A stretch of 63,325 bases of DNA, counting the filler, from Hyphochytrium catenoides (Eukaryota > Protista > Hyphochytriomycota): the NCBI GenBank assembly GCA_900088475.1. It is 7 parts of 7 records of this genome, joined end to end, with 100 filler letters (N's around TTAATTAATTAA, not from the genome) between each part and the next. Parts side by side here need not be neighbours in the genome. Positions count along the whole stretch, not along the records: positions 44,258 to 56,955 come from FLMG01004271.1; positions 57,056 to 63,325 come from FLMG01000192.1; 5 more parts are not named here. One strand, 5' to 3'. Both the position numbers and the translations under genes were made by a program. The notes below the pieces were generated by a model that saw nothing but the letters and a program-made list of their open reading frames with translations, searched no databases and was not told the DNA's origin. This document shows, piece by piece, positions 50,190-62,564 of this stretch; within the stretch, counting starts at the first letter, position 1, and each line of letters opens with the position of its first letter.

Positions 50190-51905
50190 GAGAAAGAGAT
50201 GTGAGCACAAATTGGCAGATAGTGACTGACAAGTAGGTATACAACCGAGAGCTCACAGTCAGTTCTCTCCTTCCTCTTCTTTCACATTTCTCCCCATTTC
50301 AAAGTCAGCCCTCTCAACATTTCCCTTTTCCTCCTAGCCTTTCACTGTCTCCCAGTGTGCTATATCTCTTTCATCCGCAGTCCTTCTTGGCACTGCGCTC
50401 ATTGCCTCTTCCTCTCTGATTGTCAGCCTCACTACCTTCCTTCCCCCTCCTTCCCCCCNNNNNNNNNNNNNNNNNNNNNNNNNNNNNNNNNNNNNNNNNN
50501 NNNNNNNNNNCTCTCCGTGTGTGTCTCTTTCTTTCTCTTTCTCTCTCTTTCTCTCTCTCTCTCTTCTCTCACCTTCTATTCAAGTCATATCTGAAGACAT
50601 TGGCATCCATTCCCGAGGTCAGGAGACGAGACGCGTCTTCCTTTTCAAAGATAGTGCAGAAAATATTCTGCAGGTGCCCTCGACAGGCCAGAAAGGGCTT
50701 CATGTTCTCGATCGGAGCATTCAGATTCCATAACAGCGCCCTCCTGTCGTCTCCTCCAGAGACGAGGAGGTCGCCGTGGCCGCCTTCTGAGAAAGCAATC
50801 GCATTCACACAGCCATAGTGACCCACCAGATTCCTGATAGGAGGAAGAGAGAGAGAGATTAGGTACATAGAGAGAAAGACCGAGAGAGAGAGAGAGAAAA
50901 AGAGAGAGAGACAGAGAGAGAGACAGAGAGAGAGAGGAAGAGAGGGCCTCGTCAGAGAGGTAACGAGAGCAACCGAAGGGAGAGGAAAGGAAGAAGTTGG
51001 AACGAACAAAAGTGCCACTCGGACAAAGATGAGAAGAGAAAAAAGAGCTAGAAATGACGTAAAGTTCGGGGAGTAAGGGCATTTGCCAAGAGAGAGAAGG
51101 AGCACGGGGCACAAAGGACTAACAGGAGCAAGAGGGAGAAAGATGGGGACTGAAGGGCTTGAAGGAAGTGAATCGCTGGAGGAAGAGGAAGAAGAGGCGG
51201 CAGATGGTAGGAAGGAAAGAGAAGGAACAGAGGCCCCCACATAGCGAAAAGAGAGAGAGAAGAAGGAGAAAATATATATCACATAGCGAAAAGAGAGAGA
51301 GAAGAAGGAGAAAATATGTAAATGCGAAGAAAGGGAGAGCGCGCCGGAGGGAGATATAAACAGAGAAAAGAGAGAGACAGAGAGAAGAGGGAGAGAAAGA
51401 GAGAGAGAGAAAAAAGAAAGTGGAAGTGAAAAAAGTGGAAGTCAAATAGACAGAATAGACTCCCCCCATTAGCTGCCTACCGTGTATATCTATAACCATC
51501 TCGTCTAATCTTCTCTTTAATGATCTGTCGTGGTGTTCTTCCTCTCTTCTCTCCCGTCTGAGAGCGCTGCCAGAAATGGAAAAGACTCTGCCCTCTTCTC
51601 CTCCTCCTTCCCTTCAAATTTGTGGCAGATGACAAAGAACGAGAAGCAGAGGAAGCACTAGGAGAGAGAGGGGCAGACAGCTTCTCTCTCTCTCTCTCTT
51701 CTCCGCCAGTCTTCTTTTCATTTATAGTGGTCTCTCCTGTCCTTGAATCCCTCACCCAATTGGGAGGATGGGCAAAGAAGCTTCCATCCGGGAGAGACGG
51801 TCCGATCGTCCTTCGCTCGCCGTCTTCGTCTGCCAGACGGCGGTAGATTCTGCTTTCATCTCTCCCCTGCTCTTCGCTGTCTCTTCTTCTGCGTCTATTC
51901 ATCAT
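44975..51905 (-). CDS. DCAF5: DCAF5 (WDR22)-like WD40 substrate receptor of CUL4-DDB1, multi-exon; 3' end uncertain and may extend toward 44258
   Basis: LVGHYGCVNAIAFS..LVSGGDDRRALLW, QNIFC, FRGHTGAVYRVS, YRNFTTMKACSFVG|..EYIAGGSDNSSLFLWEIP and LHGHRSIPNHV..CSSGVEKVVK|MWSP all match DCAF5 blocks. Confidence 0.88.
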
Positions 51906-53400
51906 GACTAAGCTTTTTTCTCCTCAAGAAGATCTCTCTCTTTCTTTTCTGTCCTTTCTTTGGACTGGAATAGTTCGGGGGAATGCTGGAAAGAGACAAC
52001 GTCTTGGACAGTCTCTCTCTTCCTTGTCGCTTTCTCTTCCCTCTGTCTCCGTCAATCTCGAGAGCCGTCAATCGCTTCTCACTGCGATGCCGGTGCCCCG
52101 AACCATCCGCGTTGCCATGATACTTAAGGCTGCGGAAGAAGTTAAGCTGGTGGCAGGCTGGTGGTGAGGATGGAGAAGCTAAGAGTGACAGACAGAGAGA
52201 GAGAAAGACAGAGACAGAGACAGAGACAGAGAAAGAGAAAGAGAAAGAGAAAGAATCAGCAGCCAGGATTGAAGTTCGTGAAGCATTGAATCCCTACATT
52301 TATTTGTCACCTTCTTGTTCTCTCCATTCTCTCTTTCTCTCTGTCTCTGTCTCTGCCTCTTCGCTCTCCCTCTCTCTCTCTTTCTCTCTCTCTCACTCTC
52401 ATCTGTCTCTGTCTCACCGTCTCTCTGTCTCTCACCCTCCCTCTTATATCTGTCTCTGTCTCCTCCTCTTTCTGTTTGTCTCTCTCTCTCTCTTTCTTGT
52501 TCTCTTCCTGGGTTCTTATTGACCCCCTTCCACAAAACGAACACATCCTAAACAAGACCTATTCTATTTCTAATCATGTGACGGTTATATGGAATTTCGG
52601 CATCCATTACACAGTAATCTAAGCCCTTCTGCAGTAGTAATCAATAACCTCAGTTCCTTTCTTTTTATAAGTTCATCAGCATCATCTACTGCAGAAGGAC
52701 TTATTCTAGATAACGAGGGCGCAAAGGACCTGGCAGACAGCAGTAAGAACCTGCAGGATCTTCCCCATCAGAAGGTTTATTTGACATTTGAATGGCCTTT
52801 ATTATCATTATGAAGACTTAGAGACTTAGAGAGCAACTCGTAGCGGTTTCTTCTTTTCACTCGTTTTTTCTTCTGCATCTCTTAACTTCTTTATCAGATT
52901 TTTCTTTAGGGAAAAATGGCCTATAAGGAGTGACCGGCAGGTAGACTACTGCTTAAAGACGATTTTTTTGTGATCTTCATTACTTCTTTCTTGTTCTTCT
53001 TGATTGATTAATTCTTCATGGACCATAATGGCAGCAGTAGATCTAAATTTTCCCTTATTAGCCCGACCAAAAAATAAAAAAAAAACAAAAATCACGGCAT
53101 TGTTATCGGCGGAGCTTGTGAGCCTAGTCATAATATGTTGTTTCACAGTTGGACATGCTCAATGTCGGCGGTAGCTCACGAAAATATATTTTTTTTTTCT
53201 ATATTCATTTTTCTTTTTCCTAGGAGAAGAGAGGCTTCTTCATCGTCTTCTTCATTATTATCCTTCTTCCTCCCTCTTTCCCTTTCTAATCTTACTTTCT
53301 TATTATGGTCTACTCCGCGATAGTGTTTTTATTTTCGGCGACGGTAGACTTTTTGCTAACATTAAAGAGGAATAATAGCTACTACTCCTATTACTCATAA

Positions 53401-53660
53401 GAAGTAGTAGAAGAAGAAGAAGAGAAAGAAGCAGAAGAAGAGGAAGAAGAAGAAGAGGGAGAAGCTGAAGAAGAAGAAGAGGCTGAAGAAGAAGAAGAAG
53501 AACCAGCTAAAGAGGCTGAAGAAGCTAGAGAAGAAGAAGAAGAAGAAGAAGAAGAAGAAAACCCAGCTAAAGAGGCTGAAGAAGCTAGAGAAGAAGAAGA
53601 AGAAGAAGAGGAAGAGGAAGAGGAAGAAGAAGAAGAAGAAGAAGAAGAGAAAAAAGCTAT
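53401..53660 (+). repeat. (GAA)n-rich low-complexity tract (poly-Glu relic) with an internal ~60-bp duplication, inside a decayed element (~52560-54400)
   Basis: CCAGCTAAAGAGGCTGAAGAAGCTAGAGAAGAAG occurs at ~53503 and ~53563. No in-frame ATG leads into the tract. Confidence 0.7.
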
Positions 53661-54898
53661 AACGCCTGGGTCTCGACCTCAGCTCGGCCTGCTGCTCCAC
53701 GCTCATCGTCATTGAAGGAAGAATCATAGTTATCTCCTCAGTGATAATAAGGGGAGAAGAAAGAAGGAGGAGGAGAAGAGCCACCAACCACAATGTCATC
53801 ACCATCAACCTCCACACTGCCTATAAAAAACATAAAACCTTAGAGGAGGTTAACCCTAGATCATTGACATTTGTTCATGCGATGATGAGGTCTCTGTCTC
53901 TGCTGATAGATTGCCGGCGCTGCTGTTAACCCCCTCTATGATGATCAAGATCAAGATAATAATTAGCAGAGCAGCCACCGCTGCTGCTGAGGCGCTGAAG
54001 GAATGGCGCCGCTGCCGATGACAGAAGAATATTGCAAATTATCGCTTCTGATGAAGCTTGTGACTCTAGTCATCACGGGTGACGCAGATAATGGTTGATT
54101 ACGAAGAGAGTTGAGTTCGACAGGAGGGAGAAGGGAACGAAGAAGTAACGTATTATAAGGGAGAAACCAAGAATGAGGGAACCTCACCCTGCGAAGAAGG
54201 GCGTGCCTTCCATTGACAACGGAGGAAGACTACTTTGGACGTCTATTACTTTTATCAAGACAGCTCCTCCTTGCTTGAACCTTCGCGCCGCAGCAGAAAA
54301 CAGATGCTTCCTTGGTGCTCTTCCTTCCCACACACGGGTGCTACAGATAGATAATAACATCACAGAGTCGACGGAGAGAGTGTATGGAGAGAGAAGAATC
54401 TTGGCATTAAAACAAAGCCATATACCGAGAGAAGCATGATAAGGAAAAGGAAAAAGGTAGAGCAGTTCGGCGAACGAAAGGAGAGGTAAGAAAGAGAGAT
54501 AACAGACACCGAGGGGATAATCATGAAAGACAGAGGTTAAGTTTATGTAAGCGACTTTATTAACGGTTCTTCTGTTATTAGTCTCAGGCCATGCAACAAG
54601 TGAGACTGACTATAGATAGTTGAACACACTTGGCAAAGCGGAGAGAGAGAGAGAGAGAGAGAAAATACACGGGAGATACTGAAGAGAAAGATGGGGTTGA
54701 AAGGATAATGACTGAGCCTCAACCCGCTGCGGTTCTCTCCCTGACAGCCCCGGACTCTTTCCTCATATTTCAATTCTCCGACATCTCTCTCTCTCTTCTG
54801 TTCTGCCATGAGAAAAGCAAGCAAACCTTACAACTATCTCTCTCTCCTTTCTCCATTGCCAGGTGAGTGCGAGAGAGAAGAACAAGACGTGAACTTGG

Positions 54899-55648
54899 CT
54901 AGTTAAAAGGCCAGAAGGAGGTTGGGAGCCAAGAGAAGAGACCGGAAGGAGAAGCAGCTTCTTCAGCTTCTCTTGCCTGTTGATTCACCGCTCTCATCTG
55001 CATCTCCATTGCCTTCATATTCTCCCTCATCATCGCTTCCATGTTCATCTCTGTTCTCTCTCTTTCTTTCTCAGCCTCTCTCATCTCTAGCAAGATTCTC
55101 TCAATCTCTTTCGGATCTTCCACCACCGACGACTGAGTACCGTTGAGCAGGAGAATGGTAGGGGAGGAAGTACCCAGCTGCGTGACGGAGTAGAGATGGT
55201 GCTGAGAGTCTCTGAACATTGTTAGGGTCTTCATCTCTCCACTGCTATCCATAAACTGGCTCTTGGACAGGAACTGTCCCATTGATTTCTCTCCTTGCTG
55301 CTGAGCCACTGTCTCTGTCGTCTCTGCTATGATGGCCGAAGGAGGCTCAGGAGAAGACGTAGAATTCGTAGCTTCAGAGAGAGAAGCGTTCTGTCCTACG
55401 ACGCTTGCAATTGAGGGAGGGAGAGAGATAGAGGTAGCGTTCTCTCCCGGAATGATCGTGATAATTGTCCCCTCAGGTGTCTCCCTAATAGTCGTCACAG
55501 TCCCGTCTTCTCTGGTATGGGTTTTCTCTTCAATTGTTGACCCAGAAGGACCGGCAACTGGTTGGGAGCTAGAAGCAGACGAAGCCTGTGCGTTGGCGGT
55601 GGCCACCGCGAGAGCGGCACCGCAGAGAAAGAGAGAGAAGCCGCGCAT
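54899..55648 (-). CDS. Secreted hypothetical protein (249 aa), intronless
   Basis: Signal peptide MRGFSLFLCGAALAVATANA, a Ser/Thr-rich segment with N-glycosylation sequons (NAT, NAS, NST, NGT), and a Met/Glu-rich coiled coil near the C-terminus. Confidence 0.75.
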   Translation of the reverse strand: MRGFSLFLCGAALAVATANAQASSASSSQPVAGPSGSTIEEKTHTREDGTVTTIRETPEGTIITIIPGENATSISLPPSIASVVGQNASLSEATNSTSSPEPPSAIIAETTETVAQQQGEKSMGQFLSKSQFMDSSGEMKTLTMFRDSQHHLYSVTQLGTSSPTILLLNGTQSSVVEDPKEIERILLEMREAEKERERTEMNMEAMMRENMKAMEMQMRAVNQQAREAEEAASPSGLFSWLPTSFWPFN

Positions 55649-56413
55649 TGCTTTTTTTCTGTAGAAAGAAGGGTTTACTTTGTTCTGTTTTCTCTCTCTT
55701 TCTTACTCTCTGTCTTCGATATCGGCAGATCAGTCCTAGCGTTGGACAGAAGATTGAGAAGTGATGATGATGGCGGGATGGTCTCACGGTCACAAGAGAG
55801 AGATAGTGACCAGAGGAGAGAGCAAGAGTATCCTAGAAAATCAGGAAAGAACGAAAGGGAAGGAAGAGGAAAGAAAGTAATTCCTTAGGGAAGCGGGAAA
55901 AGAAAGCCCGCAAGTAAGAAGAGAAGATGAGTGGGGCGGGTCCTCTTTGTCTCTTCTGAGCTCTTCTGTCGCTCTTTCCCTCGCTATGCCTCTGGTACGC
56001 TTTCTCTCTCTCTCTCTCGCTTTCCTTCTCTCTCTCTCTTCCACTTTTCCTCCTCCATGGCTGGATGGCTCCCGCTAGACAAGGCAGCCGCCTGACTCTG
56101 CTGTCAGTTCTCCTTTCAGAGAAAGGCTTCCGCTACCGAATGGTGTCAGTGCACGATACCAGGGCCTTTCCTCTCTTCTTTCTGTTCTTTTCTCTTCCAT
56201 GATTTCCTATGCTTTCTCTCTGTTTCCGGGATCGACGAGGTCCAGCTGGGCAAGCGGTCTCTTCTATCTCCATCCTCCGGGTTCTTTCATACAGTGCCAA
56301 CCTTCTCCTCCTCTTTTCCCCGTCCGTATCTATTCTTCTTTATCTCCGTCACATTTCTTCTCCCTGTGTGAGGTCCTTTCTCTCTCCCTAATAACCACTC
56401 TCTCTCTCTCTCT

Positions 56414-56448
<35 letters not shown>

Positions 56449-56900
56449 CTTCTGTGTCTCTCTCTCTCCCATTCTTTCTTCGCTCTCTCTTCTTCTCTTC
56501 CCAGTCACACAAAGAATCGGGAAAAGCAGAGCCAGTATTGTAAAACAGTACTGGCCATCAATTAATATAGTACCTATTTTAGGTCATTTTTTCTTTTTCG
56601 GTGCTCCGCTAAGGTACTGAAACAAAAGTTTCGCGTAACGAACGAATAAATATCGGAATGGGCGAGGACTATTTCGTTCAGAGAAAATAATTTTCGGTAT
56701 TAGCGCCTTAATACCGGCGCTTGAGATGTAAAAGGTAACAGAACTTCCTCGGTCTGGCTCTTTCTTGGAAACCTATCAGCTGGGACCATAGCTGCTCACC
56801 CGTCAAGTCAGAGTAAGGATCTGGATAAGCAAGGCCAAGCAGGATATGTGTTAGACCGTTTAAACAGGTCGAAAGAGAGTCGGTGCTTCAGTGCGTGCTA

Positions 56901-56955
56901 ATATCCCTACTGTAAAGTTGCATCACTTAAGTGATGCAACTCCAAAAGTAGCCGT
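56901..56955 (-). repeat. Second copy of the palindromic repeat terminus
   Basis: Exact reverse complement of 9136-9190; palindrome at 56916-56941. Confidence 0.9.
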
Positions 56956-57399
56956 NNNNNNNNNNNNNNNNNNNNNNNNNNNNNNNNNNNNNNNNNNNNT
57001 TAATTAATTAANNNNNNNNNNNNNNNNNNNNNNNNNNNNNNNNNNNNNNNNNNNNCAAGCTCCTCTGCATGGCTCCGATAAAGGGAGGAAACAGCGACGG
57101 GAGACCTCGATCGGATGTCTCTCTTTCGTCTCTTCCTCTTTAAGGCGACAGCTTATCTTGGGATTCCTATGGCAACCGCAGATTCTGATGATGTTTGTCT
57201 CTTTCTCTGTCTTTCTCTTCTTCTGCAATCAATCTTTGTTACGTGAGCACAAGTCAGCACTCTTGGCGTTCCACGCTTCTGACCGCTCCTCTTTCCAGTG
57301 AATGCAAGATTCCTCCCCACAGCTCTCTCTCCCTCTCTCTCCTTCCTTTCTCTCTCTCTCTCTCTCTCCTTCCTTTCTCTCTCTCCTCTCTCTCTCCCT

Positions 57400-57443
<44 letters not shown>

Positions 57444-57855
57444 TTCCATACTATTCGCCCAAGTTTCGCAGGTGGCACGCTTCTTTCATTCTTAAGCATT
57501 ATTCTAAACTCTCCCGTCTAGATTCCATATAGAAATGACTCTATAATAAATAAGGGACCCTGGGGCAATAGACCTTCGTCCCATACATTGCCTGGAATTA
57601 TACCTTGGTCCCTTCTAACAGGTCTGCAGACCATGCAGAGCTTGCATTTTGAAGATTATTGAGGCTTCAGAATGCGGATGCAGATGTCAGAGGGGATGGC
57701 CCAGGCAAGTCGAGCGAGCGAACTGCTGCGATGGTGTCTCCCATCTTTCAAGAGCACAGCACGACTAGTCTAGAAAGTGCCTCTCATTTTCGGGGTACCC
57801 AGTTCTCAGCAATAGATAGATCATAGAGAGAAATTGTTGTTGATCCGGTTCATTT

Positions 57856-60800
57856 TCATAAAGAACTTTTGAGGATCCCGGAAGGATGTCCACCAGATCT
57901 TTTCACCTTTTGCAACAGGTCAAGGAGAGAGACAGAAACACTTGTAAGAGGGTGACATCTTAAGGCCGTGCAGAATTAGTTTGCACTGGGCTTGACAAGA
58001 TTGTCAATGTGAGACAGGATAGTACCGACAAAGAGGAAAGAGATATAGTGGGAGGCAAATATCGATAATATGCGTCGACCCCCACCTGGAAGGTACTCAT
58101 TGAACACATGCTTTTCGCGAGCTCTGGGTAGCTCCGACGTGTTCTCTAAGAGAAAGAGATGAGAAGAAGAGATGGCACTGGAAAAGATCTGACGGATAGC
58201 ATTGCTAGTCAAAGAGAGTCATAGAAAAAGACGAGAACAGGTCTCAGGAACATGTGCAGCGATGGGGCCAGCGTTGCAGAGAGAGACAAGCAGAAAGAGA
58301 GAGAGAGAGAGACGAAGAGAGGAGAAAAAAAGAGAGAGAGAAAGAAGCGATCCGTCGATAGATGACTCATAGCGTCAACTACCTGGAACCAATCCTCGCT
58401 GAGAAAGAGCTGGTCACCGTCATACATACTACAGTCCCAGGGCAATGACGAAGCATCCCTGCTTAAATGAGGCAAGATGGTGAGCGAACCAGGAGCCATT
58501 GCACACCTATCAGACGGCAAATTGGAAAACCCTTGCACCTCAGGCAAAGTGGTAAGAGAAGTAATGAAGAAGTATCTCTGACTTCAGAGCTTCCCCTGGC
58601 CATGCACCCATTCAGTGGAGAGGCCAGCGAATGTGTGAGTGAATAAGCTAAGCAGAAGGATAATGCGGAGAGGCACCCTGCGCAGACAGGACCGGAGTAG
58701 GGGCGAGACAAACCACTATTTGTACCTGAGAAGGGTCTCCATTGCTCTATAGGCAACCAGGCAGTCCTCCCGCGAGAGAAAGAGAGAGAGAACGAACGCG
58801 TCCTCCTCATACGCAGGGCTAGTGGGACAGCAATCCTGTCCTGCCACAAAGCTAAAAAGGGAGACGAGGAAGAGAATCAACTGTCTGTCTCCTTTCATTG
58901 GAGAAGCTCGCTGGTCCACGGTTAACGACTCGCCCTCTTCCCCTTCTGCTTGGGAGCCCGCTGCCCTCTTCCGCCCTTTCACCTCTTTCGTAAACCTCAC
59001 CTCATACGGGCAGGGAGCTTGACAATCTGTTGAAGAGAAAGCACGGCATCCTTTCCGTCTCCAGAATTCCCTACCAATGTCTCTATCACTTCTGTGCACT
59101 GCATGATTGGTACGGTCGGGTTGGTGGACGTGGCAACAAAGTATTGGGCTGCTAGCTAACCTTCGAAGAGGCGTAAACGAGAGAGGTTTGCCACTGAAGA
59201 GTGGAGAGACAGGGCAAAGTAGAAGAAACATAGAGCCAGAAAGAGACCCCAGAGAAGTGACAGTAGCCGATGGAGATAGACCTTGTTGAGAGGAAAAGCG
59301 AACTGCATTTCTACGAAGAGAGCGCGGCCTTCGCCTGTGGCAGAGAGATTGAACACTAGAAAGAGAGAGCCGCACTTAGCTATTAGCCCCATAAAGAGAG
59401 AGAAGGCGACAAGGGCTAAAGGACCTCAGCTAGAAGCAGGGACGTGCTAGATGAACTCGAGGTACTAAAACAGAGAAAGGAGTTAGGATGCTGGAAACGA
59501 TGAGAAGCCATCAGGTGACACCGTCCGTACCTTCGTCTTCAAAGACCTTAGCCAGAGCAGAGTGAGCGGAGACAGAAAGAAAAGTGGGGAGAGAACTGCC
59601 ATATCTCTCCAGAGCAGACAAGATTCGAAGCGTTCCTCTCTTGCGCTACGAGAACAAGAAACGGAGGCCGACGGAACATGGAGGATGAGGTTCGTGCTCA
59701 ATGGGAAGAGTGCAAAACGACTACTTAAGAGGCAGAAGAGAAAGAGCATATAATCTGAAAAGCAAGAAGACAGAGATGAATATCTTACCCGGTAGGATTG
59801 ACGCCAGAACGAGCCTGTCATCAGGAGGAAAGTGGGAAATATAAGACGCAACACTTCCCCCAACCACAACCGAGAGAACGACGAGACAGTAGCCACTGAA
59901 AAGAGAGAAAGTGCCAGACAAGGACCCAAAACGTGCCTGCGCCTGTAAAGAAGACTCCGGAGTCTACAAGTAGTGGAAATGCGGAAATGGGTTAGGAGAG
60001 GCAAGCTAGAGACGAGCGTGAGGGCAGGACGAAAGCTAACCCCTCTTTATCACCTGGTTCCATGCAGCTGTTTCCTCTCTCTTGACCGCTTCTCTTGCGT
60101 ACTCTCTCTCCCTCTCTCACCATCACGTGCCCTGAATTGGGGATTGTTAGAGGCCAAGACCAGTCTCTCCTGGAGCTAGGGTGAGCACAAGTAGGACCTG
60201 TTCGCATGGACCACAAAGCTTCAAAGTAGTCGAACTGCGCGTAGCGATGGCGCAGTCCAGCCAGGAAAGAGGAGCAGGGAAGGTATCTTGACACCAAGTT
60301 CATCTTGACCATGAAGGCAGTCAGCAGCGGTAAAGAAGAAGACAGTTCTTTAGCCCCTCTTTCTCTGTGTCTCTCATTTCTCTCTTTCTCTCTCTCTTTG
60401 TTTCTCTCTCTCTCTCTCTTTTTCTCTTCTTTCTATCACATTCTCTCTCTCTCTCTCATGACCTCCCTCTTTCTCTCTCTTCTCTCCGCGTGTGGTGTCT
60501 CTTTATCTCTCTCGCACTCTCTCTCTATTTATATGTGCCGGTTCTCAATAATCGCCATCTCTCCTCCTTCTATCCCTGTGGGGTGAGAAAAACGAGCTCT
60601 CTCTAGATCCTGCCCTTAAAAGTCCTTCTCGTGGTCTCAGTCCTTGGTGCTCTCGTGCTCCCGACTTTCAAGGCATCCTCTCTGTCTTTCACAGTAACAC
60701 GCCTTTCGCTACGCACTGTCTCGTCCATGCTGTCTCTATTTCTTTCTTTCTTCTACGTGGGCTCCTTAAACTCACCTCGAAGTCGTCAACTAGTTTCAAG

Positions 60801-62099
60801 GTTACCTCTACGATCACGGCATCTGGAGGAGGAAAGGAAGGTCTATGGTTCCTTGGCTCGTCGCCCTCACTATCGCTCCTCTGCTGAACCTAAAGTTAGC
60901 AGACAATCGCAAGGGAGACGTCACGCTGTCAGGCTTTGTGAGAGAAGATAAGCAAAACTCACCAAAACCGTGTACCCAGCCGCCAAAAGAGTTTGCTTGT
61001 GTGAGAGAGAGAGACAAGGAGAGAGAAAGAAAGTGGTAGAGATCGCAATAAAAGAGAGAAATGCGAGAGAGAGCAAAAAATAGATAGAGAGAGAGCAAAA
61101 ATTAGATAGAGAGATTGACGAGAGAGGTCAAGCGAGAGATGGAAATAGAGGAAAGTAGGACTACATGGAAAGACGAAGACATCAACATTGAGCATTGCTT
61201 TTGATGTACACGCAAGAAGAGAAAGAGAGGTTCCTCTAGGCCTGACCTGAATGGAAAAGAGAGAGCAGTCTCCTGAGAGGGCTAGAGCTCGATACTCCTG
61301 CACCAGACTGAAGAGAGAAGCGGCTCCCATGCCGCTAGTGACGCAGCCCATGCCCAGAAGACTCCAAAGAGGTAGTTCACATGGAAGATAGGGACCTAAG
61401 GGTGAGCGTCCCAGGTGCATATTTGTGAGACAGAAGTCCACGAAGAGAGAGAGAGAGAGAGAGAAGAATGAGAATCAACTGGAAAGATGGTGGGAGATAG
61501 GTAGAGGTTGAGAGAAAGAATAAGCTACTAAGAAAGAGGTTTGGGAAGAGAGAGGAGGTCTGTGCATATCTAGAGAGAGAGAGAGAGATAGGAAAAGAGA
61601 CCCAACTAGTTAGGAACAGTGCGGGGAAAGAGACCGAACAACCAGGGGAAAGACGGCTAATTCGAACTTCTCACCGCAGGCAAGCGAGAGACCACAAGAA
61701 GACGCAGTTCGAGCGACCTCTGCCAGCGTTATCCCTGACTGCAAACTGATATCAGCAACTCACTCTCTCCTCTCTCCATCTTATTCTTCTTTGGCTCTCT
61801 CCCTCTTCCGCCTTCTTGCGCGCTCTCTCTCTCTCTCTTTCTCTGTTTTCTCCCTACACCTTCGTTTTCTTGAAAGGTCAGCAAGAGGACGGAGGGGTAC
61901 AATGAGAGAGAGGCCGTACTTGGACCCGAATGGTCTTGGCGCGTTCATCCAGATGAAGTACTTTTCTAAGCCCTCCAAGGGAAATATGGACGTCTCCTCT
62001 CTTTCTAACTGTTTCCCAGGTCATGCATAGCCGAGAGAGAGGCAGATAAAGAGACCAAAAAAGCAGAGATGGGAGTTTTAGGGAAATGCATTGAAGGGA

Positions 62100-62136
<37 letters not shown>

Positions 62137-62525
62137 AGGTGAAGAACTTAATAAAGAGAAAAAAAGACTCTCTTGGGAAGCCAGAAGAAGGTGCCAGAGG
62201 ACATCCAGAGAGAGACTTACCACCAGAAATGCTTAGAAATCTCACTCTCAGTCCTCCTTTCTCTCTCTCTCTTTCTGTGGCTCGAAGTAGATTTTGAAGC
62301 TCTTCCACCGACGCTGGAGTGGCAAGAAACGGAGAAACTGGAGGGCTCTCTGGTTTTGAGAAGAGAGAGAGATCGGATCAAACCGCGAGAGAGTGAATGA
62401 GAGAGAGAGGGAGAAAGAGAGGAGAGAATAGGCGCGAGAGTCTCACGAAAGGGGACAAATTGCTAGGAAGGAAGACAACATCATAAGGACAATAAACTGC
62501 TGAAGCCAGAGAGGGAGAGGAACAG

Positions 62526-62564
<39 letters not shown>

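Noticed and set aside
53395-53817. 140-aa Phe-rich ORF as a membrane protein
   Set aside because: It is the antisense reading of a (GAA)n tract.
58995-59010. Apparent 1-nt frameshift before EVRFTKE in the ACBP-oxidase gene
   Set aside because: The frame reading PCPYEVRF is itself open and alternative splice sites could supply the phase. A frameshift cannot be claimed without transcripts.
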